Both the position numbers and the translations under genes were made by a program. The notes below the pieces were generated by a model. It did no database searches and had not been told where the DNA came from. It saw only the letters and a list, made by a program, of their open reading frames with translations. From contig JBDRUX010000016.1 of the NCBI GenBank assembly GCA_039801565.1, forward strand, positions 1 through 31,507: a stretch of 31,507 bases of DNA. Reading direction: 5' to 3'. Positions 1-7,765 of this stretch are shown piece after piece. Every line of letters begins with the position of its first letter. The first letter of the stretch is position 1. This stretch comes from a candidate division WOR-3 bacterium (lineage in GTDB: Bacteria > Hydrothermota > Tepidihabitantia > Tepidihabitantales > JAOUPE01).

Positions 1-302
1 TGGCTTGTTTATTAAAAGATTCCCAGGTATTAACGACATATTTTAATTTTCCGAAGGAGCATTGGATACATCTTAAGACGGCCAATCCGGTGGAATCACC
101 ATTTGCGTGGATACGGCAGCGGTTAAACAAAGCGAAGCGGCTAATGAATGAGGCATCGGCGTTAGGGGTAGTGTATCAATTAATGTTAAAGCGGCAGGTG
201 CGTTGGCGGAGGATAAATTATCCTGAATTAGCGGCGATGGTAATTGCTGGTGTGAAGTATCGGAATGGTATTGAAATCAAGGCACGAAAGGAAACTGCTT
301 AA
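1..302 (+). CDS. IS256-family DDE transposase, C-terminal part (5'-truncated by window edge)
   Basis: The frame is open from position 3: ACLLKDSQVLTTYFNFPKEHWIHLKTANPVESPFAWIRQR...WRRINYPEL...GVKYRNG. This matches the IS256/Mutator C-terminal signature F-P-x-E-H-W-x-H-L-(R/K)-T-x-N-P-(I/V)-E-S, which includes the catalytic E. Confidence 0.9.
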   Translation, partial: ACLLKDSQVLTTYFNFPKEHWIHLKTANPVESPFAWIRQRLNKAKRLMNEASALGVVYQLMLKRQVRWRRINYPELAAMVIAGVKYRNGIEIKARKETA

Positions 303-341
303 TGGTGGTCAAAAAATTTCCACAAACATTGACAGAAGCTC
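1..341 (+). mobile_element. Right end of IS256-family insertion sequence; terminal inverted repeat ~313-341
   Basis: AAAATTTCCACAAACATTGACAGAAGCTC just after the transposase stop resembles IS256-type ends (...CACAAxxTTGACAxxAxCTC). The left end is outside the window, so pairing cannot be verified. Confidence 0.75.
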
Positions 342-513
342 TAAGACCGGTGCCTTAATCACGGATTTAAGGGTGCATAAGAAATCGTTCAAAATGTTCA
401 AATAGTTTAAATCGTTTTTGGTGCGTACCAATCCCTAACTACTAATTGTAATTACCGATTTCGGGAATGTGCTGGAAAAATAGTTCAAAATGTTCAACAT
501 AGTTTAAAATTTG

Positions 514-537
514 GCGGGTGATGAATCGCACCGCTAC
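514..537 (-). repeat. GTAG-type REP-like palindrome, copy 1
   Basis: The minus strand reads GTAG-CGGTGCGATTCATCACCCGC: a GTAG tetranucleotide followed by an imperfect hairpin. Confidence 0.6.
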
Positions 538-670
538 AACTGTACCCTGATCTTTAATTTTTATGATGCGTAAAAATCATTTCAACTTCGACTGCAGCGA
601 ATTCTTAAGGAATTTTCTCTTTTCTTGCAAAATCCGATTCGGATAACTTTGTTCAGTAGTTTAAATCGTT

Positions 671-692
671 GTGTGATAAATCACACCGCTAC
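671..692 (-). repeat. GTAG-type REP-like palindrome, copy 2
   Basis: The minus strand reads GTAG-CG-GTGTGAT-TT-ATCACAC: a perfect 7-bp stem after GTAG, which is classic REP architecture. Confidence 0.7.
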
Positions 693-727
693 ACTTCTCA
701 CCAATCACCGATTACCTATCGAAAACC

Positions 728-756
728 TTGACAAGTGGTAGATTTAATTCTATGCT
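728..756 (+). promoter_or_regulatory. sigma70-type promoter for TPR gene
   Basis: TTGACA (728-733), 17-nt spacer, TATGCT (751-756). Confidence 0.7.
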
Positions 757-768
757 AATTAATAAAGT

Positions 769-3138
769 TTGGTTAATCTTTTATTAAGTTTTATCTTCAG
801 TCTGATTCAATTCTATTCACCGCCCATAATCAGTAGCGGTGAGCAAAAGCCATTTCGGTCAATCTTAATCAATTCCCTCGAATTGCTTTATTCTTATCAA
901 TTTAATCTTTCTTCAGGTAAGGCTTGTCTAAATTCATCCGACTATAAAATGGCACAATGGTATTTCACTAACGCTCTCAGCTTAGCTGAAACCGACCCTG
1001 CCAAGGGTTTAGCCCAAGCTTATTTGGGACGGACCGCATTTTTGACTGGGCAACCTGATTCCGCAATAAAGCATTTTGCTAAGGCATTAGAATATAATCC
1101 CAATCTGGATTTGAATTTTCTTTATGACTACGGAATTGCACTCTTTCAATTGGGGCATAATGAGGATGCCCTTTCCGTCCTTTCTAATCTTTACCAGCAA
1201 AAGTTAATGCAAAACAGACACGGGCAAAGTAATAATGAAGAACTATTAATCTTTCTTGCCCTGCTCTGCCTTAAGACCGGTAAGCCTGACCAAGCTAAGA
1301 TTTATCTGCAAGGATTGCCAGAGAATTTGCAAAACCCCGAGCGAGATTTTCTTTTAGCCTTAACTTATTACCAAAAGCAAGAGTTGATAAAATCACTTCC
1401 CCACTTGGCGAAGATTTTAGCCAAAACCGATCTCGACCCGATTATGAAACAAAAGGCGAATTTGTTATTTGGTACAATCCACCTGGAATTGGGTAATAAC
1501 CTAATTGCTGCTCAAATCTTCGAAATGATGGTTTGCGATACTATGCAGTTATACCAGGATCAAGCTCACCTAAGGGCGGGCATTGCCGATTTTCATCTAA
1601 AACGTTACGACCAAGCAACTCGTCACTTTCAAAACTTGGCAAATAATTTCCCTAACTCGGATTTACAGGAATACGGATTGTTCTATTTAATTTCTATTTA
1701 CTTAAAACAGAAAAAGAACCGTTTGGCAGTTGAAAAAAATAACGAATTGGCACATAAATTTCCAAAGAGTAAGTTCTTGGAAAACACAACCTTCGCAATT
1801 GCTAAACGTTATTATCAAGAACAGTCTTATTACGAAGCGTTTCGTGAATTTGCTAAATTTTTAAAACTGTTTCCTAAAAGTCCTTCTGAACCTGAGGCGT
1901 TGTGGCTTTGTGCCTTAAGCGCAATTCAAATAAAAGATGATACCATAGGTGAAGAATTGCTTAAACAACTGGTTACAAAATATCCCACCAGTCCGTGGGC
2001 AAAGGAAGGTTTTTACCGTATCGGGACAATTGAATTAGCCAAACAAAACTTCCCAGCCGCCAAAGCCAATTTTTTTCAAGCCCTTTCCAGTGATTATTAT
2101 CCCTATGTAATAAAAGGCATCGCTGATGCCTATTTCGGTCTTGCCCAATATGATTCCGCACTGGTATTCTATCAAAAGGCAGAATCGGTTTTGACCACCC
2201 AAAATTACTCAGATAGTCTACTGGCGGAAACGAGATTGAGCAATGCGATTACTAATTTTAAAATCGGTAAGTATCCAAGTTATATAGCAATGCTTAAGGA
2301 TTATCTTGCTAAGTATCCTTGGTCGTTTCATAATGCTTCACTGCAATTTGAAATTGGACTTTATCATTTCGGACGCTATGAATTTCCAGAAGCACTAAAA
2401 CAATTTTATAAGGTATTTGATTATATTCCTGATAAGGCGTTGAAAGCTAAAACTCATCTTTTTATTGCCCGTTGTTACTTAAATCTTCACCGCACCACCC
2501 AAGCCAAACAAACCCTGCATTATCTTGTTAACAATTTCACTGATACCGTAAGTGTCATTGCTGGCTTGACCACTTTAGCCGAAAACTATACCCAAGACCT
2601 TGCCTATGACAGCGCAATCAGTTTTTACCAACAAATTGTCGAACGATTTCCCAATACTGAAGAAGCGGCTAAAAGCCTATTTTCCATTGCCGCACTTTAT
2701 CAAAAATTGAATAAATTACTTGAGGCAAGCAAGGTGTTGGACCGAATAGTGAAAGATTACCCTATGTCCGAATTGCTCCAACCGGCTTATCAAAAAATGA
2801 TTGAAATTCTACTAATGGAAGGTAACCTGGCTTACGCCGAAACCCTTATTAATTATTATACCAAGCGTTTTGGTCCAAGCCCAGCAATAAGTTTGCAATT
2901 GGGTAAAGTCCGCTTAGAACAGAACCGACTGGCTGAGGCAAAAAGATTATTTTTAAGCGCCGCCCGGCAACTGAACAAAGATGAGAAAGCAAAAGCGCTA
3001 ATCCTGGTGGTTGATGTCTGTATTAAACAGCAAGAGATAGCCGAGGCAAAAAAACGATTGAAACAAGCAAAAGCCTCAGCAGAAGATGAAAGACTGAAAA
3101 TAAGATGCGAAGAGTTGTTACGACAACTTGAAGATTAG
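769..3138 (+). CDS. Large tetratricopeptide-repeat protein (BamD/CpoB-like repeats), probably exported
   Basis: 789 aa of tandem TPR helices with recurring (Y/F)PxS turns (NFPNS, KFPKS, LFPKS, KYPTS, KYPWS, DYPMS) and a hydrophobic N-terminus. The TTG start is uncertain. Confidence 0.85.
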   Translation: MVNLLLSFIFSLIQFYSPPIISSGEQKPFRSILINSLELLYSYQFNLSSGKACLNSSDYKMAQWYFTNALSLAETDPAKGLAQAYLGRTAFLTGQPDSAIKHFAKALEYNPNLDLNFLYDYGIALFQLGHNEDALSVLSNLYQQKLMQNRHGQSNNEELLIFLALLCLKTGKPDQAKIYLQGLPENLQNPERDFLLALTYYQKQELIKSLPHLAKILAKTDLDPIMKQKANLLFGTIHLELGNNLIAAQIFEMMVCDTMQLYQDQAHLRAGIADFHLKRYDQATRHFQNLANNFPNSDLQEYGLFYLISIYLKQKKNRLAVEKNNELAHKFPKSKFLENTTFAIAKRYYQEQSYYEAFREFAKFLKLFPKSPSEPEALWLCALSAIQIKDDTIGEELLKQLVTKYPTSPWAKEGFYRIGTIELAKQNFPAAKANFFQALSSDYYPYVIKGIADAYFGLAQYDSALVFYQKAESVLTTQNYSDSLLAETRLSNAITNFKIGKYPSYIAMLKDYLAKYPWSFHNASLQFEIGLYHFGRYEFPEALKQFYKVFDYIPDKALKAKTHLFIARCYLNLHRTTQAKQTLHYLVNNFTDTVSVIAGLTTLAENYTQDLAYDSAISFYQQIVERFPNTEEAAKSLFSIAALYQKLNKLLEASKVLDRIVKDYPMSELLQPAYQKMIEILLMEGNLAYAETLINYYTKRFGPSPAISLQLGKVRLEQNRLAEAKRLFLSAARQLNKDEKAKALILVVDVCIKQQEIAEAKKRLKQAKASAEDERLKIRCEELLRQLED

Positions 3139-3321
3139 AAGTCATTAACTATGCTCCACATTTTGTCGCACCTGGGATTAAGCTTTTAAATTTCAAATAA
3201 TTAAATAAAAATCAAACCAATCTTAACTGATTTAAATGTGTCTTTTGCTTGCCCTTAATTCGATTTAAGGCCACTCTGACGCACTCAGTCCCAGTTTTTT
3301 AAAAAATCTTTCTTTAAATAG

Positions 3322-3334
3322 TAAGTTTTTGTTT
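3322..3334 (-). promoter_or_regulatory. Putative IHF-binding site upstream of sigma54 promoter
   Basis: TAAGTTTTTGTTT matches YAANNNNTTGATW with one mismatch, ~40-55 bp upstream of the -24 box. Confidence 0.35.
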
Positions 3335-3374
3335 TTGCAAATCTTACAACATTAGATTGCCTATTTTCATATTT

Positions 3375-3390
3375 TGGCATAGTCTTTGCT
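3375..3390 (+). promoter_or_regulatory. sigma54 (-24/-12) promoter of the EPS/signalling operon
   Basis: TGGCAT-AGTCT-TTGCT matches TGGCAC-N5-TTGCW. GG (3376-77) and GC (3388-89) are separated by exactly 10 nt, 75 bp upstream of the first operon gene. Confidence 0.8.
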
Positions 3391-3465
3391 TTGTTTTCTT
3401 TAGAGCCGCCTAAAATTTTACGAAAAAAAGGGATGTAATCGAGAATGGCGAAGCCTTAAACAAAA

Positions 3466-4362
3466 ATGGTCACCACCCCCGATAACTATCAAAAGGTAAG
3501 GCCGCGGGTTATTATTTTAGCGGCTGGTGTTGGTAAACGGTTATATCCGTTGACTAAAACGCGACCAAAATGCCTTTTGCAAATTGGTAAGTTTAGCATC
3601 TTAGAGTGGACTCTGTCGGCTTTAGCTGGTGCTGGGGTAAAAGAAGTTTTAATTGTAACCGGTCACCAAGCCCCAGCGCTTGAGCGAACCTTAATTTCTT
3701 TTGAGCAAACCTTCCGATTGAAGATAAGACCAATTTTTAATCCTTATTATGCCCATTATAACAACAGTTATTCGCTTTTGCTCGCCCTGCGCGAACACCA
3801 AAATGGCGATTTTGTGCTTTATAATTCTGATGTGCTTGTCGGTTTAGATTTAATTTATGAAATTATTGCCACGACCGATTCCGATTTTCTCGTCATTGAT
3901 GAGAAAAGTAGTCTGGGCGAAGAAGCGATGAAAGTAAAAACCGAAAACAATCGAATCATCGCCATTGGCAAGGAATTAGACCCCGCGGGTTCGGATGGTG
4001 AGTATATTGGAATCGCTAAGTTTTCCGCCGATGGTTGCCGACGAATTGTAAATGAGCTTGACCGGTTGGGACAAATTAAAGACGGTTATCAACAGTTCTA
4101 CGAGGCAGCGATTGCCCATCTCCTTCCTTATTATCCAATTAAAAAGTTTAGCACCAATGGGGCGTCTTGGATTGAGATTGACAGCTTTGCTGATTTGAAC
4201 GAAGCCAAAATCCGGGTTTTACCCGAAATTGAAATGCACAACATAGCCAAGAGGTTTTGTCCCTTTAAATCTCCAAAGAAACCGTGTACCGTTGACCCTG
4301 TCCGGTCACCGAAGATAGAAGTTCGAAGAGGTTGCCTCTCGAATTTAAAGGAGTTGGAGTAG
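3466..4362 (+). CDS. Phosphocholine/sugar-alcohol-phosphate cytidylyltransferase (LicC/SpsI-like nucleotidyltransferase)
   Basis: Motifs ILAAGVGKRLYPLTKTRPKCLL, YNNSYSL, YNSDV, EEAMKV, GEYIGIAKF and WIEIDSFADL; ~45-aa C-terminal tail beyond the domain. Confidence 0.85.
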   Translation: MVTTPDNYQKVRPRVIILAAGVGKRLYPLTKTRPKCLLQIGKFSILEWTLSALAGAGVKEVLIVTGHQAPALERTLISFEQTFRLKIRPIFNPYYAHYNNSYSLLLALREHQNGDFVLYNSDVLVGLDLIYEIIATTDSDFLVIDEKSSLGEEAMKVKTENNRIIAIGKELDPAGSDGEYIGIAKFSADGCRRIVNELDRLGQIKDGYQQFYEAAIAHLLPYYPIKKFSTNGASWIEIDSFADLNEAKIRVLPEIEMHNIAKRFCPFKSPKKPCTVDPVRSPKIEVRRGCLSNLKELE

Positions 4363-4371
4363 TTTAGCACG

Positions 4372-5565
4372 ATGGCGCAGTTCTTTCGCAATATTGCAAT
4401 TCCGCTCTTCTTAGAAATTGAGGCAGGAATTTTAAAACGGATTTCTGAGGTCCTGCGCAAGAATAATCTTTACTTTCAAAGTCCTTTGATAGTAGCTGAC
4501 CGTAATACTTTCAAAGTTGCTGCTGAGTCAATGGTAAGTAAACAGGTCGCAGGTCAAATGGACTATATCATCATTCACAGTAATACAATTGCTGAGGTCA
4601 AACGGGTACGGACAAGAATCCAAAGTAGGTCCGCTGATGTTGTAATTGGTGTTGGTGGCGGTAAGGTGATTGATGTGGCTAAGTTCGCCGCCTCCGAAGA
4701 GGGAGTTAATTTTTTAAGCGTTCCAACTGCTCCTTCCCATGACGGAATTGCCTCACCGGTTGCGGTGATTAATACCCCTGATGGCTTGATGCGTTATGGT
4801 GCAAAAATGCCCTTAGGAGTTATTGTTGATTTAGCAGTAATAAAGCAAGCACCGCTTCAGACAATTTACTCCGGCTTTGGTGATTTAATATCCAATATTA
4901 CCGCGGTCGAGGATTGGAACATTGCCACTCAATTGGGTAAGGACCGGTTTGACAGTTTTGCTGCCTATTTAGCAACCACTGCTGCCCAAGTAATTATGAA
5001 TGATTGTCCAACCGACTGTAAATCACTACGCAAAGCCGATGGTTTTTTAAGAAGGTTAGTAACCGGTTTAGTATTAAGTGGCATTGCAATGGCAATTGCG
5101 GGCTCGAGCCGTCCGTGTAGTGGAGCTGAACATTTAATTAGTCATGCCCTTGACTCATTGTTACCAAATCCGCAACCGCATGGGATTCAGGTTGGAATAG
5201 CAACAATCTTCACCTGTGCTTTGCAAGGCGGTGACTGGCAAAAATTGAAATCAATTTTTGCGAAAATTGGTTTTCCAACCAGCCCACAGGAAGTGAAAAT
5301 AACAAAAACAACTTTTCTACAAGCCGTGAAACTGGCACCTAATTTGCGAACCGAGCGTTATACGATACTGAACAGAATGATTGGTTTTAAAGAGCCCACC
5401 GAAATAAAGGAGTATTATTATGAAGTCTTTGATGAGGTCTTTAACCAAAACCAAGACTACCCTGCCAAAGAACAACTGGAGCGGTTTACCTTGGATCAAA
5501 ACCAAGCGACGGAAAAAACCGAAACAGTCCCAATATCGGATTTGGCAGGTCCCTTGGCTTTATAA
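4372..5565 (+). CDS. Glycerol-1-phosphate dehydrogenase-family (EgsA/AraM-like) NAD(P)-dependent dehydrogenase
   Basis: Motifs GVGGGKVIDVAK, VPTAPSHDGIASP, SGFGDLISNITAVEDW, GSSRPCSGAEHLISHALD and HGIQVG (metal-binding D/H/H present). Confidence 0.88.
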   Translation: MAQFFRNIAIPLFLEIEAGILKRISEVLRKNNLYFQSPLIVADRNTFKVAAESMVSKQVAGQMDYIIIHSNTIAEVKRVRTRIQSRSADVVIGVGGGKVIDVAKFAASEEGVNFLSVPTAPSHDGIASPVAVINTPDGLMRYGAKMPLGVIVDLAVIKQAPLQTIYSGFGDLISNITAVEDWNIATQLGKDRFDSFAAYLATTAAQVIMNDCPTDCKSLRKADGFLRRLVTGLVLSGIAMAIAGSSRPCSGAEHLISHALDSLLPNPQPHGIQVGIATIFTCALQGGDWQKLKSIFAKIGFPTSPQEVKITKTTFLQAVKLAPNLRTERYTILNRMIGFKEPTEIKEYYYEVFDEVFNQNQDYPAKEQLERFTLDQNQATEKTETVPISDLAGPLAL

Positions 5566-5601
5566 TAGTAATTCGGAATCAAAATCATAACCGGACCGAC
5601 G

Positions 5602-6333
5602 ATGTCAGCCGATTACCCAACACTGCCCTTTGATAACCAAATTGTTCGGAATATTAGAGTGGCGGTACAGAAGACAAGAAGTTATGAAGAATTTTGGGCT
5701 TTTTATGTCTTACGACGCTTTTCGATCTACCTTTCTGTCCTCTTTGCAAAAATGCCCGTTCTTTCCTCGCCCAACTCGGTAACGGTATTAGGAATTATTG
5801 GTATGCTATTAGCGACCAAGTTTGCACTCACCGGGAATTCGAGAGGATTTTTATTGGCTTGTTTCTTTTATCACTTTAGTTATCTCTTGGATTGCGTGGA
5901 TGGGGAGGTGGCACGCTTGACCAATCGTTGTTCCAAAATCGGCAAATTCTTAGACATATTCCTTGATAGCACCAATGTCTTATTACTATTTGGTTTTGCC
6001 TACGGTTCGTTAAATTTTACCCTTCAGACAAGTTCGGGACTCAGTTGGTTAATTTTTATTTCCTTTGTCGGTCTTATCAGTTTTATTATCCCACGCCTGC
6101 TTGTTACCAAGAGCGTTTCAGCGTTTGGTTTGCCAATTAGTCTCACCACGCAGTTACGGCATAGTAATCTTTGGTTGGATGTAGTTGCTTTTCTTTTTAG
6201 CCCACCAGGGCTATACACGCTAATTCCAATCACAATTCTCTTCTCCTTATCAATTGAATTAGTTTTAAAGATATACGCCATTGGCTTATTGGCAAAAACT
6301 CTTTTCAGAATTGGTTTGGCGCTAATAAAATGA
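5602..6333 (+). CDS. CDP-alcohol phosphotransferase-family membrane protein
   Basis: Signature DxxDGxxARx8GxxxDxxxD seen as LDCVDGEVARLTNRCSKIGKFLDIFLD; SPNSVT motif; several transmembrane segments. Confidence 0.9.
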   Translation: MSADYPTLPFDNQIVRNIRVAVQKTRSYEEFWAFYVLRRFSIYLSVLFAKMPVLSSPNSVTVLGIIGMLLATKFALTGNSRGFLLACFFYHFSYLLDCVDGEVARLTNRCSKIGKFLDIFLDSTNVLLLFGFAYGSLNFTLQTSSGLSWLIFISFVGLISFIIPRLLVTKSVSAFGLPISLTTQLRHSNLWLDVVAFLFSPPGLYTLIPITILFSLSIELVLKIYAIGLLAKTLFRIGLALIK

Positions 6334-7736
6334 GCATTGGGCAGATTGGCTTAGAAATCGTTTCTGCTCTTAAAGTAGTGAATAATTCTCGCACTAAGAT
6401 TTTTCTTGGCATATTAGGGATTTTTGGGTTTTGGATTTTAGCAAAATTTTTGGCAATTCCACCAGTTACTGTTCTGGTGATATTGGGTGCGATTGGTCTA
6501 TTAGCCGTCGGGTTTTTAAAACCGATGTTTGGGTTACTAATTTGGGCAGGACTCTTGAGTTTTCAGATTGATACTAATGCTTGGTTGGGAGTAAATATTG
6601 CCCCGGCTGATTTTATCCTTTTGGCAGTAGCGCTCGGAACAGCGAGCAGAATTGCTAATCACCAATTGATAATACCGTCAACAAAAACTGGTAAATGGCT
6701 GTTGGGTTTGGTAATTCTATTTACGGTGGGACTTTTTGTGACTCTCAATCGCTTTGGCTCGATTCCCCAATATGCCTTGATTAACAAATACTTTGGCCTA
6801 TTGTTTTTAATCTTGACTTTTTATGTAGTGGTAACACTTGTAGATTCTGAAAGGAAATTTTGTCAATTAATTCAAACGCTATTTTGGATTGGAGTGATTG
6901 GGAATTACTTGGCGCTATTTATCTATTTCCTTTTCTTGGCTAATTTCTTGCCAGAATTATTTCAGTCACTATTACCAATGGTGGTAGAAGGAAGTCGTCT
7001 GCGCGGTTTTTTATTAGACCCTAATGCCTATGGTGGTTTTATCGCTTTGACGCTTATGCTCCAAATCATTTATCTTCCAGAATTACCAGCCAAAATGAGT
7101 GAGCCAGTACTACCTAAAAGGAGATATTCAATTTTAGCAATCCTAAACACTATATCACTGATAGTTTCACTATTTTTAACTTTTTCGCGGAGTGCGTGGC
7201 TTGGTTTTGCGATTGGGCTACTGGTTCTTTTGTTCTGGCGCCGAAATTGGGGAGTTTTATCCCTTTTAATTTTTGGGGCCGGTGTAATGTTTTTAGGTTG
7301 GATGATTGCTCTATTACCGAATTTAGATTTTGATTATCAATTTTTCATTTTTCGGACTAATACTTTTACTGACCGATTAACTTTGATTGACCAAGGTTGG
7401 CAACTGTATAGTCAGAGTCCGATTTTTGGTATCGGTTTAGGAGTTTTTCACGAAGTTGCTCCAACGATTATCCATAACAGTTACATCTGGCTATTAGTCG
7501 AATTAGGTCCGTTGGCATTGCTTTTGTTATTGGGTCTTTTTATAACTGCGCTTAAAAATTGTCTGAGAGTTAGCATAAAATCCCTAATAAGTAGGCGCTT
7601 GAATCTTTTTTTGCTTGTGGGCTTGGTGAGTTGTTACGGTTTAGCTTTAGGAATTGAAGCATTTTATCAACGCCATCTTTGGTTGCTGATTGGACTTGCG
7701 GAAGCGTCGAGTCGAATTTATGAGCGATTGGATTGA
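6330..7736 (+). CDS. O-antigen ligase / Wzy polymerase-family membrane protein
   Basis: About 12 hydrophobic segments; Wzy_C motifs RLRGFLLDPNAYG, LTFSRSAW, SPIFGIGLGVF and HNSYIWLLVELG. Confidence 0.85.
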   Translation: MSIGQIGLEIVSALKVVNNSRTKIFLGILGIFGFWILAKFLAIPPVTVLVILGAIGLLAVGFLKPMFGLLIWAGLLSFQIDTNAWLGVNIAPADFILLAVALGTASRIANHQLIIPSTKTGKWLLGLVILFTVGLFVTLNRFGSIPQYALINKYFGLLFLILTFYVVVTLVDSERKFCQLIQTLFWIGVIGNYLALFIYFLFLANFLPELFQSLLPMVVEGSRLRGFLLDPNAYGGFIALTLMLQIIYLPELPAKMSEPVLPKRRYSILAILNTISLIVSLFLTFSRSAWLGFAIGLLVLLFWRRNWGVLSLLIFGAGVMFLGWMIALLPNLDFDYQFFIFRTNTFTDRLTLIDQGWQLYSQSPIFGIGLGVFHEVAPTIIHNSYIWLLVELGPLALLLLLGLFITALKNCLRVSIKSLISRRLNLFLLVGLVSCYGLALGIEAFYQRHLWLLIGLAEASSRIYERLD

Positions 7737-7765
7737 GAGCAAAGAGTGCAAAATTGTTTAAAAGT

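Larger units (their letters stand above)
387..720. repeat. Mosaic intergenic repeat region (9-bp-period GTTCAAA units, REP-like palindromes, heptamer runs)
   Basis: GTTCAA..TAGTTTAAA-type units at 387-416, 483-508 and 651-670. Heptamer runs ACCAATC/CCTAACT/ACTAATT/ACCGATT at 427-460 and ACCAATC/ACCGATT/ACCTATC at 700-720. Confidence 0.7.

Noticed and set aside
387..720. Possible CRISPR array
   Set aside because: Repeats are imperfect, spacing is irregular (~95 and ~165 bp) and there are no cas genes; better explained as REP and short-period repeats.
3251..3272. Hairpin CCTTAA-N6-TTAAGG as a terminator (a similar hairpin lies at 353-372)
   Set aside because: Weak AT-rich stem with no U-tract; the similarity is too short to call a repeat family.
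4372..6333. Archaeal-type ether lipid pathway
   Set aside because: No GGGP synthase, DGGGP synthase or CarS in the window; the context is polysaccharide biosynthesis.
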